Shown: positions 28,104 to 38,400, counted from the stretch's first letter. The stretch: 64,000 bases of DNA from Candidatus Rariloculaceae bacterium (GCA_965237785.1 OZ250159.1:455989-519988); one strand, 5' to 3'. The notes: generated by a model from the letters alone, not told the origin. Made by a program: numbers and translations.

Positions 28104-28736
28104 ATGAGGCGCCCTGACGCCGTTTCCCACTTGTTTCGGGCACTTCTCTTCTGTCTTCTGGCCTGTCTTGTTCCCATCGGGGCCACCGCCCAATCATTGG
28201 ACACCCTGTTTGGTGTCTACCCGGGACAGATGAACGATAGCGGCGTGACGCTGTACGGTGTCGTCGGTCGGATACCCGATTCCCCGACGGCGATGGGCAC
28301 CGTGCTGGCCGTGCAGATCACGGCAGCCGACCCGCAGGCGACGACGGCCGCGCGCGAACAGGCTGGCGATGCACCGTGCGCGAACTGCACCGCAGCCCAC
28401 TACTTCCTCCTGAGCGAGCGTTCCCGGACGCGCCCGAACGTCTTCATTCACGCACCCGGACCCGTGACGTATCTCGTCGCGAACGACAAGGAGTACATGC
28501 TTACGAGTATTCGTCTGGCGTGGACGGACGACCGTCCACGCCTCGAGCGAGCCACGCTGATGCGCACCGGTTTCCTCCCCCCTCTCTTCAAGCAGAAGAT
28601 CAGGATTCACTTCGACGCCCCGCTGGAACCCGGTACCCGCACCGAGGAAATCGCCGGCATGGCCTTGGCGGACATGATGGAATCCGAACGAATCGCTCAA
28701 GCAGCCTACCAAAACGCCCTGAACGCCCATCGGTGA
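28104..28736 (+). CDS. hypothetical secreted protein
   Basis: ATG 28104 gives the signal-like MRRPDAVSHLFRALLFCLLACLVPIGATAQS. No recognisable motif. Confidence 0.45.
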   Translation: MRRPDAVSHLFRALLFCLLACLVPIGATAQSLDTLFGVYPGQMNDSGVTLYGVVGRIPDSPTAMGTVLAVQITAADPQATTAAREQAGDAPCANCTAAHYFLLSERSRTRPNVFIHAPGPVTYLVANDKEYMLTSIRLAWTDDRPRLERATLMRTGFLPPLFKQKIRIHFDAPLEPGTRTEEIAGMALADMMESERIAQAAYQNALNAHR

Positions 28737-28768
28737 CCGTCAGCCGCTCGCCTGACAACGTCGCGAGC

Positions 28769-29345
28769 TCAAGGGTTTTGGTCCGACGCCGGCCGATACA
28801 CGAACTCGTCCTCCGAGAGAACCAGCTTGCGCAGGCGCGCGTTGGTGAACTCCTGATTCGTTGTTGCGGTTTGGAGAACGTCCCTGAACGCCGGCAGCTC
28901 GGTGAACCGCGCGGTGAACGGCTCGAACGTGGTCGCGCTCGCCTCGACCACGGGACCGAAGGTACTGGTGCCCGTTTTGTGCCTCAGCTTGAACGCGTAT
29001 TCGGTACTCGAGGCGAGGTTCGGGACCTCGTACTGGTTGCCATTGGGCTCGCTCGGCCTGCTCAGGGGAATTTCCGTCCAGGCACCGAACGATCCGCCGC
29101 TCGCCGCGACTTGGTACTCGATGTCCGAACGGTCGGGGCGACCCCGGAATACCCAGGACAGCACCACGCTGTTGTGCGTCGGGTCGGCGGCGGCACGGTT
29201 GGGAGCGGGTGCCGCCTCGTCTTCCTCGATCGCGACCGTGCTGGAGAGAATGTCCACGACCGCGGTCGTGGTACCCGAAAGCGTCACGCGTCGGTCGCCG
29301 GTGTAGGTGTCGTCCGAAATCCGCGTCGCGAAGTACCGGCACGGC
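28769..29345 (-). pseudogene. orphan 5'-truncated fragment of an adhesin passenger (Fn3-containing), paralog of the middle of 32573..35338
   Basis: DDTYTGDRRVTLSGTTTAVVD...PTHNSVVLSWVF...GGSFGAWTEIP...YEVPNLASSTEYAFKLRHK...ATTFEPFTARFTELPAF aligns with NSDTYTGDRSVTLSGASAEDVD...PTHNSAVLSWRF...YEVPNLASSTEYAFKLRYK...ATTFEPFTARFTDLPAF. There is no signal peptide and no beta-barrel. Confidence 0.75.
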
Positions 29346-29392
29346 GAGCCCCGGCACCCCTGAATTGGATGTGTACGGGGCTCGACGGCAAC

Positions 29393-32300
29393 CTACCAGC
29401 GCACCGAGCCCTGAAGCCGGAACGCGTCCTCGGCCATGCCGCGCGTGCCCGTGCGCCGGCCGAGCTCGAGCCCCGCCTCGAGGTTCGCGCCCGAAGTGAG
29501 TTTCAGGCCCATCCGGTACGCCTGTTGCCCGGCCGAGGATTCGGTGGCGAAGAACGGGACCCAGAGCGCGCGGCCCTTGCGTCCCTCGAGACCGTAGCCG
29601 AGCTGGGCGTGGAACCGCTGTGCCGTATCCATCGCCGCGCCCCGCGGGGCAAGCCCCGAGGCATCGGCCCGCGACCACAGCCCCTGTACGCCGCTCTGCG
29701 TCGCGCCCCAGCTCGAACCCACGTCCATCGCCCAGCCTCGTCCGTCCGGGTTGGGCTGCCACCTGAGGGCGGTACTGAACCCCCATTCCTCGTACTCCGC
29801 ATCCTCGTGCGCGAGCAACCCCCGCACGTTGAGCTCGACCGACAGCCGCCCGGCCGACCAGGCCAGTCCGCCGCCGATCTCGATACCCGCGCCCGTCTCC
29901 GCGTCGCCGCCGTCGTACCTCACGCCCGCCTCGAGCGTCGGGCGCAACACCGCGCCGTTCGGGAGCGGCATGGATCCGGAACCTTCCAGCATCAGCCGCA
30001 CGCGGCTCGACGCGCCCTCGGCGCCCATCAGACCCGTCGCGGCCTCGGACACTGTGTTCGTGAACAACGCGTCGGACACCACCGCCAGCTTCAACCCGCC
30101 CGCGCGGCGGGAAAATACGCCCCGCCCGCCGAACGCCGCCATGGTGGATTCGAGGCCCGTCTCGATCGCGTCGTCGGCGCGCTTGCTTTGAAGACTCAGA
30201 TCGCCCACGCCGTAACCGACCGCGCCCCACAGGCTCAACCGCTCGTTGAGCGTGAAGTTCGCGTACGGGTTGATGCTCGTCAGGCGGCTCGTCACATCGC
30301 CGCCCGCGGCGGTGGCATGGCTGTAACCGCCTTCGCCGAAGCTGTGGGACACCGCCACGCCCGCCAGCCACCGGCCCCACTGGGCGTCGGCGCCGACGGT
30401 GGCCGTGGCCACGGCTCCGTCGATCGAAAGCTCCCCGTCGGCACCGCTGAACCGGATCTCCGCCGCCCGGCCCCAGGCCGTCCAGCTTGAAAGTCCGTTC
30501 CGCGTCTCCGTCCCGTCCGCAAGCGTTCGCGAGTAATCAAACGAACTGCCTATGAGCAGCGCCCGCCAGTCGTCGCGTCCCCTCGACAGCAGGTCCGCGA
30601 ACGGCCGCGCCGCGGACAACAGTCCTGCGGACGACAGTCCCGCCGGCAGCACGCCCGCGGACGACAGTCCGGCGGACACCAGATTCTCGAGTCCCGCGCG
30701 TGCCGCGGACGGCAGTCCTGCAGACGGCACGCCTGTGCTCGGCGGCGCCGCGGGCGACAGTCCTGCGGACGGCAGTCCCGCGTCGTTCGATCCTGAAGGC
30801 GACGCGCCTGAAGACGAAAAACCCGTGGGCGCCGGTCCGCCCATCCGCGGCGTCCCGCCCGCGGACTCGCCCCCTGCAAGCCCAATGCCGCCGCCTGCAA
30901 GCCCGCTGCCTACAAGGCCAGTGCCGCCCGGCGCGGTCCCCCAACGCATGGATTCCGCTTTGAGGCGGTCCATGCGCTCCCAGGCCGACTCGTCCTCAAG
31001 ACGCCTGTCCGGCGCGGCCCGGTCCCCGGTCTCCTTCGCATCGGCGCCCCGGGCGGCGTTGCGGAAGTCGTCGAACAGTTGGTCCACGCGCCGTCCGCCC
31101 ACCGTGAAGTGGTTGTCCGCCGAGCGCCGCGGCCCGCCGGCGAGCCGTTCGCGGATCGCATCGACCGTCTGAACCGATGCCGTTCGCCCGAACCGCGCCA
31201 GCCACGCCTTCGGCATCGGGTCGGAATTCACGATCGTGCCCGTCGCCTCGGCGTCGGCCAGGTACGCGTTGCCGCCCGCGGCGTTCGAGAGCCTCAGCGT
31301 CAGGGTCTGCTCGCCCTCGTCGTGGCCGTCGTCGAGCACCGCCACCGACACCGTCTTCGACGTCTCGCCCACGAGGAACGTCAGCGTGCCGGAGTCCGGC
31401 TCGTAGTCCTCGTCCGCCGTCGCCGTCCCGTCCGCGGTCGCGTAGCCCACGCTCACCGTCTCCGGCGACGCCCGTGCGAGCGTCACCGCGAAGTCGAGCG
31501 TCGCGTTTTCCTCGGCCTCGTCCACGCGCGCATCGGCCACCGAGAGTCCCCGCGGCCCGAGGATCGTCTCCGACACTTCGTTCGCGAGCACCTCGCCGTC
31601 CGCGGTGCACACCGCGCCGGTGTCGGTGCAGAGCGAGAACGGCCCGATGGAGACCGTCACGTCCTCCTCCGACCCCGGCGCGACCCTGACCTCCCACCGG
31701 TCGTTGTGCGGCGGGTTGAGGCGCCGCACCTCCGGCGTGAGCCGCGTCTGCCCGCCCCGGCGTATGTTCAGGGTGCTGCCGCGCAGCGTCGTGTAGCTGT
31801 AGTCCGCATGCGGCTCCTTCGTGAACTCGACCGTGAACACGATCTCGCCCGTCCCGGCGTGCTCGTCGGGAAAGCCCACCAGCCGGACCCGCAACGGCGC
31901 CGCCTCCTGCACCGCCTCCGGCACCGTCTCCGCGCTCGGCTCCCCGGCGCCCGGCGCCGCGGTCGGCTCCGTGGCGTCATGGCGCAGATCCGCCGCGATC
32001 CCCGACGCCAGCGACACGATGTCCACTCCGTTCGACGCCATGGCATTCGCCGCGATCGCGACCTCGCTGAAGTAAAGCGTCCTTGCAAGCGCCACCCACG
32101 CGAACACGAGCGTGTCGCTGCCCGAGCCCGATGTGTATCCGACCAGCGCCGTGTGTCCCTTGACCGTGAGCTTGATGACGGGAATGAGGTCGGTGATCGT
32201 CACCGCGAGCGGCTCGTTGAACGTGACATGCACCTCGAACGTCTCGTTCGCAATCCATTCCAGGGCGCCGGGGTCGTCCGGCGTGATTGCGATCCCGGTC

Positions 32301-32566
32301 ACATAGGGTGCGACGGCGAAGCCGAGCTCGACGTCGTTCCCGCGGGCGTCGAGGATCCGCGCGCCGCCGGTTGCCAATCCGTTTGCCGCCACGCGCGCCC
32401 GCCGCGCGCCTTCGTCCCCGGCCGTCGCGGTGTAGCTGAACGTCAGGGTATCGGTGCCCGATCCGCCGCTATAGGCGGCCATGCGTGGCGTGCCGCCGAG
32501 CACGATCTTGAGTGTCGGCCCGGCGTCCGGCGCTCCGTCGACGGTCACGGTTTCGGTGAAGCGCAC
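29393..32566 (-). CDS. autotransporter adhesin, C-terminal portion (Calx-beta, linker, autotransporter beta-barrel); no signal peptide of its own
   Basis: Calx-beta block VADARVDEAEENATLDFAVTL...ATADGTATADEDYEPDSGTLTF...VLDDGHDEGEQTLTLRL (~31230-31545). Junction NSDPMPKAWLARFGRT. ~300-aa beta-barrel ending RLQGSVRW. Lies in frame with the upstream ORF, separated by one TAG. Confidence 0.85.
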   Translation of the reverse strand: MRFTETVTVDGAPDAGPTLKIVLGGTPRMAAYSGGSGTDTLTFSYTATAGDEGARRARVAANGLATGGARILDARGNDVELGFAVAPYVTGIAITPDDPGALEWIANETFEVHVTFNEPLAVTITDLIPVIKLTVKGHTALVGYTSGSGSDTLVFAWVALARTLYFSEVAIAANAMASNGVDIVSLASGIAADLRHDATEPTAAPGAGEPSAETVPEAVQEAAPLRVRLVGFPDEHAGTGEIVFTVEFTKEPHADYSYTTLRGSTLNIRRGGQTRLTPEVRRLNPPHNDRWEVRVAPGSEEDVTVSIGPFSLCTDTGAVCTADGEVLANEVSETILGPRGLSVADARVDEAEENATLDFAVTLARASPETVSVGYATADGTATADEDYEPDSGTLTFLVGETSKTVSVAVLDDGHDEGEQTLTLRLSNAAGGNAYLADAEATGTIVNSDPMPKAWLARFGRTASVQTVDAIRERLAGGPRRSADNHFTVGGRRVDQLFDDFRNAARGADAKETGDRAAPDRRLEDESAWERMDRLKAESMRWGTAPGGTGLVGSGLAGGGIGLAGGESAGGTPRMGGPAPTGFSSSGASPSGSNDAGLPSAGLSPAAPPSTGVPSAGLPSAARAGLENLVSAGLSSAGVLPAGLSSAGLLSAARPFADLLSRGRDDWRALLIGSSFDYSRTLADGTETRNGLSSWTAWGRAAEIRFSGADGELSIDGAVATATVGADAQWGRWLAGVAVSHSFGEGGYSHATAAGGDVTSRLTSINPYANFTLNERLSLWGAVGYGVGDLSLQSKRADDAIETGLESTMAAFGGRGVFSRRAGGLKLAVVSDALFTNTVSEAATGLMGAEGASSRVRLMLEGSGSMPLPNGAVLRPTLEAGVRYDGGDAETGAGIEIGGGLAWSAGRLSVELNVRGLLAHEDAEYEEWGFSTALRWQPNPDGRGWAMDVGSSWGATQSGVQGLWSRADASGLAPRGAAMDTAQRFHAQLGYGLEGRKGRALWVPFFATESSAGQQAYRMGLKLTSGANLEAGLELGRRTGTRGMAEDAFRLQGSVRW

Positions 32567-32572
32567 CTGCGC

Positions 32573-35338
32573 CTAGACGGTTTCGCCCTCGTTCCACACC
32601 CCGTCCTCGCCGGGCCCGGAGGTCACGCCCGCACCGCCCGCCGTCACCTCGACGCTCCCCGGCAGTCCCGTGTCGAACGCCGGCGCGCCGTAGACCGGTA
32701 CCGTGACGGACGCGCCCTGCGTCAGCGGATGCAAGGCAGCACTGCAGATACGAGCGGTCTCGTCCGGCGCGCAGCGAAGCTGTGGAGGCTGCTCGGCGTT
32801 GACCCCGACGGTCACCTCCGTTGCGCCCGAGTCCGGACGAATTGTCAGGTTCCAGGCGCGCCCCTGGCCTTGGCCCGCCCGCGCGAGTCGTTCATAGGTT
32901 CCGCCCTGAACGACGACCTGGCTCGTATGCTCGTGATGCAGCCCTTCGAAGCGCAGAAGATCCGCGCTGAACACGACCGTTACCTCGAATGCCTCACCGG
33001 GCAGGAAATGTGTCGGCGGATCCTCCAATTCGACGGTGTACTCGGACAGCGTCGTCACGTCGGCGGATCTCGCGACGCTCACGATGTCCGTTCCGGCCCT
33101 GGCGCGGACTTCGAACGTGTAGGCCGTCTGCTTCGCAAGCCCGGACACCAGGAAGCCTGAATGGTTCGCCCCGCCCACGCCGCTGTCGGGGACGTCCTGC
33201 CAATCGGGCGCGGTTCCGGTGCGCCAGTACCGGTACTGGTAGGTGTGCGCCGCCGCGTTCACGGACGGGTCCCAGCTCAATCGGACCGCCTCGGGTCCCG
33301 GAGTCGCCTCGAAATCGTCCGGCGCCAGCAATCCCACATCGTCTTCCTCGATTTCAAGCTCCACGCGGCCGGTCTCGGAATCCAGCGCGACGTGCCCTTC
33401 GGAGGGCGTTCCCGCGGCGATCGCGATGCGCCTGTTCCCGGTGGCTTCGCCGTTGTCGCGCGCGGTCAGCGCGATCGCGTTCGAATCCCGCGAGCCGGCG
33501 GGAATCGTGAGCCGCGTCCCGGAGGCTTCAACGTCGCCCGCCTCATCCGTGATTTGAACGTCGACGTACACGTCCACGTCGCTCGTTTCGTTGACCGGAT
33601 CGGTTTCCCGGCTTCTGGGCTTGTAAAGCCTGGCGGTCAGGTTCGCGACGCCGCCGTTTTCGGAGATCGACGCGGTGTCCAGGGCCAGCCGGACCTCCCT
33701 CCTCGCCCTGACGATGCCCGTGACGTCCTCGCTGAGGGGCCGCAGGTCGGCACTGCAGAGCTTCCGTATCGGGGCGGAGCTGGCTTCGGCCTCCGTGCAC
33801 CTCACCTTGGGTCCGTCCGGCGCCTTCAGGGTGATCGCGACCGACGTGGTGTCGGCCATGGCCCGGAGCTCCATCCAGAAGCTGTCCGGGTCGCGTCCGT
33901 CATCACGGCCCACGTAGACGGCGCCGTCGACCTCGACCAGGCCGTGACGGGGGCCCAATGCCCTGCTGGTGCGCAATGCGCTGCTGTACTCCCCCGTCAC
34001 GGTGAACAACTGATCCGATCTTGCGGTTGAGCGAGTGTCGCTGAACGCCGGCAGGTCGGTGAACCGCGCGGTGAACGGCTCGAACGTGGTCGCGCCCGCC
34101 TCGACCTCGGGGCCGGGACTGTTGTCCCTCTTGTATCTCAGCTTGAACGCGTACTCGGTACTCGAGGCGAGGTTCGGGACCTCGTACCGGCTGCCGTGGC
34201 TCTGGTACGGCCTGCTCTGGGGAATTTCCGTCCAGGCACCGAACGATCCGCCGTTCGCCGAGAGCCGGTACTCGACGACCGAAGTGCGGGGTCGATACGG
34301 GAATCTCCAGGACAGCACCGCGCTGTTGTGCGTCGGGTTGGTCTCGAGACCGGACGGATCCTCGTCCTCCTCGATCACGACCGTGCTGGAGGGAATGTCC
34401 ACGTCCTCGGCCGAGGCGCCGGAAAGGGTCACGCTTCGGTCGCCGGTGTAGGTGTCGCTGTTCACCGCGGTGAGGGTGACCGTACCGGTACTCGTCGTCT
34501 CGCCGGCGGCGAACGAGAGCGTGGTGTTGGCACTCAGCGTAAAGTCCGATGCCGTGGCGGGAGCATGAGGAGAAAACGCCACATCCACCGTAAATTCCGT
34601 GTCCAACGCCGGACCCACGGTTCCGGTAACCGTCGCCATACCGCCGTCCTGGGTGATGTTTCGAGGGGTCGCACGCAGCGTGACAACGGAATTGCTTCCC
34701 ACCCGTGTCCCCAAAACCTTCATCTTCATTACATCGTCTCTGGTCCCCCACCGATATCCAGTCCGTTTCCAATAGCTATTATCTGCAATCGACCAATAAT
34801 CCAGTTGCGTTTCACGATCGCTGTCAGTGGCATCTATCGTGAACCAACGCAGGGTTCCCGGGTTGTCGAGCCTGAATTGAACTACATAGTCCGTATTGGG
34901 CAAGAGCGTCCTGCTCTCCTCGGATGTACCGTCGACAGGAAAAAAGCTCATGGCGCCGCCGGCGCCGATGTACGTCCCATACGACGTCGGAATTGTAAAA
35001 TCCAGAATCTTTTTTCCGAGCGGGTTCCTGGCGTTGCCGAACAAATGGAGCGATGCCTCCAAATTCTCTCCGTCTATTTTTTCGTAGTCGACCCAAACGA
35101 ATTCCACCGATGACAGCTTGTAGCCATCCCTTGCGTCCCCGGTGGTAAAAAGCTGCGCCCCTCGTTGGTTGTAGCTCTTGGTGGAGCTTGGATGTTGCTC
35201 TTCCCTGCCCACCTCGGGTCGCGCATCCATCCGTTGGTTCATATTGCTGACGAATGTAATGTCTTCCTGACCTTGAACGGCCGCGGAACCCAGTGACACC
35301 GCGATGACGAGCAAGCCGGGAGTGAATTTGGCGAGCAT
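32573..35338 (-). CDS. autotransporter adhesin, N-terminal portion (signal peptide plus passenger: N-terminal domain, Fn3 x2, beta-sandwich modules); ends at an in-frame TAG
   Basis: Signal peptide MLAKFTPGLLVIAVSLGSAAVQGQ. Fn3-like blocks (PTHNSAVLSWRF...YAFKLRY; AVRLSWDPS...YTFEVRA). The stop TAG 32573-32575 is followed 6 nt later, in frame, by ORF 29393..32566. Confidence 0.85.
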   Translation of the reverse strand: MLAKFTPGLLVIAVSLGSAAVQGQEDITFVSNMNQRMDARPEVGREEQHPSSTKSYNQRGAQLFTTGDARDGYKLSSVEFVWVDYEKIDGENLEASLHLFGNARNPLGKKILDFTIPTSYGTYIGAGGAMSFFPVDGTSEESRTLLPNTDYVVQFRLDNPGTLRWFTIDATDSDRETQLDYWSIADNSYWKRTGYRWGTRDDVMKMKVLGTRVGSNSVVTLRATPRNITQDGGMATVTGTVGPALDTEFTVDVAFSPHAPATASDFTLSANTTLSFAAGETTSTGTVTLTAVNSDTYTGDRSVTLSGASAEDVDIPSSTVVIEEDEDPSGLETNPTHNSAVLSWRFPYRPRTSVVEYRLSANGGSFGAWTEIPQSRPYQSHGSRYEVPNLASSTEYAFKLRYKRDNSPGPEVEAGATTFEPFTARFTDLPAFSDTRSTARSDQLFTVTGEYSSALRTSRALGPRHGLVEVDGAVYVGRDDGRDPDSFWMELRAMADTTSVAITLKAPDGPKVRCTEAEASSAPIRKLCSADLRPLSEDVTGIVRARREVRLALDTASISENGGVANLTARLYKPRSRETDPVNETSDVDVYVDVQITDEAGDVEASGTRLTIPAGSRDSNAIALTARDNGEATGNRRIAIAAGTPSEGHVALDSETGRVELEIEEDDVGLLAPDDFEATPGPEAVRLSWDPSVNAAAHTYQYRYWRTGTAPDWQDVPDSGVGGANHSGFLVSGLAKQTAYTFEVRARAGTDIVSVARSADVTTLSEYTVELEDPPTHFLPGEAFEVTVVFSADLLRFEGLHHEHTSQVVVQGGTYERLARAGQGQGRAWNLTIRPDSGATEVTVGVNAEQPPQLRCAPDETARICSAALHPLTQGASVTVPVYGAPAFDTGLPGSVEVTAGGAGVTSGPGEDGVWNEGETV

Positions 35339-35432
35339 GAGGCTCTTCAGGACCGATACGACTCTCCTCGCGCGAGACCCGCGGGGGGCGTCCCGGAGGG
35401 TCTTCGGCGCGGATCGAGCATCGGCCTGGCGT

Positions 35433-38400
35433 TCACCAGCGCACCGAGCCCTGCAGCCGCAACGCTGCCTCGGCCACGCCGCGCGTGCCCGTTCGCCGGC
35501 CGAGCTCGAGCCCCGCCTCGAGGTTCGCGCCCGACGTGAGCTTCACGCCCATCCGCAAGGCCCGTTGCCCGGCGGAAGCTTCCGTGCCGAGGAACGGCAC
35601 CCAGAGCGCGCGGCCCCTGCGTCCCTCAAGGCCGTAGCCGAGCTCGGCGTGCAACCGCCGGGCGGCATCCATCCCTGCGCCCCGGGCGATTCCCGAGGCG
35701 TCCTGGCGGCTCCACAGCGCGTTCACGCCGCTTGCGGTGTCGCCCCAGCTCGAACCCGCGTCCATCGCCCAGCCGCGCCCGTCCTCGTTGGGCTGCCACT
35801 TCACCGATCCGCTGAACCCCCATTCCTCGTACGCGGCGTCCTCGTGCGCGACAAGCCCCCGCACGTTGACCTCGACCGACACCCGCCCGGCCGTGTAGGC
35901 CACTCCGCCGCCGAGCTCCACACCGGCGCCCGTCTCGGCGTCCCCGCCGTCGTAGCGCAGCCCCGCCTCGAGCGTCGGGCGCAGCACCGCGCCGTTCGAA
36001 AGCGCCATGGATCCCGAACCTTCAAGCATCAGCCGCACGCGGCTCGACGCGCCCTCGGCGCCCATCAGACCCGTCGCGGCCTCGGACACCGTGTTCGTGA
36101 AGAGCGCGTCGGACACGACCGCGAGCTCCAACCCGCCCCCGCGGCGGGAAAACACGCCCCGCCCGCCGAACGCCGCCAGAGCGGATTCAAGACCCGTCCC
36201 GATCGCGTCGTCGGCGCGCTCGCTCCGAAGAGCGAGATCGCCCACGCCGTAACCGACCGCGCCCCACAGGCTCAACCGCTCGTTGAGCGTGAAGTTCGCG
36301 TACGGGTTGACGCTCGTCAGACGGCTCGTCAGTTCGCCGCCGGCGCCGGCGCTTGCATGGCTGTAGGCGCCCTCGCCGAAACTGTGCGACACCGCCACGC
36401 CCGCCAGCCACCGGCCCCACCGGGCGTCGGCGCCGACGGTGGCCGTGGCCACCTCGCCGTCGATCGAAAGCTTCCCGTCGGCGCCGCTGAACCGCGTCTC
36501 CGCCGCCCGGCCCCAGGCCGACCAGCTTGCAAGCCCGTTCGCGGTCCCCGCCCCGTCGTCCAGCGTTCGCGAGTAATCGAACGAACTGCCCATGAGCAGC
36601 GCCCGCCAGTCCTCGCGCCCCCTCGACAGCAGATCCGCGAACGGCCGGGCCGTGGACAGCAGTCCGGCGGACGACAGTCCCGCCGGCAGCACGCCCGCGG
36701 ACGACAGCCCGGCGGACACCAGATCTTCGAGTCCCGCGCGTGCTGCCGACGGCAGTCCTGCGGACGCCAGTTCTGCGGACGCCAGTCCTGCGTCGTTCGA
36801 TCCTGAACGCGACGCGCCTGAAGACGACAAGCCCGTGGGCGCCGGTCCGCCCATCCGCGGGGCCCCGCCCGCGGACCCGCCCGCCGCAAGCCCGATGCTG
36901 CCGGGCGTCGCCCACCAGCCCATGGATTCGGCCTTGAGCCGGTCCATGCGCTCCCAGGCCGATTCGTCCTCAAGGCGCCTGTCCGGCGCGGCCCGGTCCG
37001 CGGTCTCCTTCGCATTGCCGCCCCGGGCGGCGCTGCGCAACTCGTTCAACAGTTGATCCACGCGCCGTCCGCCCACCGTGAACTGGTTTTCCTCGGGCCG
37101 GCGCGGCCCGCCGGTGAGCCGCTCGCGGATCGCATCGACCGTCTGAACCGACGAGGTGCGACCGAACCGCGCCAGCCACGCCTTCGGCATGGGGTCGGAG
37201 TTGTTGATGGTGCCCGTCGCCTTGCCGTCGGCGATGGTTGCGCCGGAAGGGTTGGAGAGCGTCATCGTCAGGGTCTCCGCGCCCTCGTCGTGGCTGTCGT
37301 CCAGCACCGCGATGGAGACGATCCTTCGCTGCTGCCCGCGGGCGAAGGTGAGCGTGCCGCTGCGCGAGTGGTAGTCCTGGCCCGCGGTCGCGGGATTCGC
37401 GCCGGCGCCGTCCGCGGTCGCGTAGTCCACCGTGACCGTGGTGCTCGGCGCCCGGTTCAGCGTGACCGCGAAGTCGAGCAGCGTCGCGTCGTTCTCCTTC
37501 TCGTCCACCGACGCGTCCGCCACCGAGAGTGCCGGCGGCGGTGGGCCTTCCTCAACGGCTTCCTCCTCTACGGGGTCATCCTCGGCCGGGTCATCCTCGG
37601 CCGCGTCGTCCTCGGCCGGGTCGTCCTCGGCCGGATCATCCTCAGCCGGGTCATCCTCAACCGGGTCGTCCTCGGCCGCGTCACCCTCGGCCGGCTCCCG
37701 GTCCGTGTCGGCTCCGCTCGCGGAGTCGCCCGGAGCCTCATCCTCGCGGTTCAGGATCGTCCCCGTCGCCCGGTCGTCGCCGATTTGCGCGCCCCTGGCC
37801 TCGTAGAGGTGAAAGTAAAACGTCTCGCCGCTGTCCTTGTCCTCATCGTCCACGATCGGCACCTCGACGATTTTCCGCCACTCGCCGGCGGCAAAGGTCA
37901 GCGTGCCCGTGGTCTCCTCGTAGTCCGCTCTCACCGTCGCCGTGCCGGACGACGTGTAGTACCGCACCGTCACCTCCCCGGCGGCCGCCGGCGACAGCCT
38001 CACCGCGAACCGGATCGCCGGGTTCGTCCCTTCCCGGCCCTCGGCGTCCGCCACCGACAACGCCGGCGTCGTCCCCACCGGGTCCGCCACGATCCGGCTG
38101 AACTCCGCCACGTGGGGCACGGAGTGCCATTTTCCCGCGGCCCGCAGGTTGTCCGATTCTTCGTACGACTTCCAGTAGCTGACCGAGACGGTCTCGCCGT
38201 CCGACGGCCCGTCGTACTCCGTCCCCCCGCGTATCACCGGGTTCAACGTGAGCCGCACGATCCGGCAGGCCTGGCCGTTGGACGTGCAGGCGCTCCCATT
38301 GCGCGCCTGCACGATCTCGGTCAGGTTCACGCTGTTCGCGGCCAGGGTGTCTGGAAGACCGGCCGGCGCCGATTCCGAATAATGCACCCCGAACTGCGGC

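Noticed and set aside
25511-32575. TAG reassignment or genome-wide amber suppression to explain the two in-frame TAGs
   Set aside because: TAG is used as the normal terminator of several confidently called genes here: 656..1369, rhomboid 6545..7324, brnA, the NHL gene and the 29393 barrel gene. Two independent nonsense lesions or errors is the simpler reading.
35383-35388. A G6 tract 45-50 nt upstream of the 35338 start as a phase-variation switch
   Set aside because: Six residues is too short for efficient slipped-strand mispairing, and it is not positioned between clear -35 and -10 elements.
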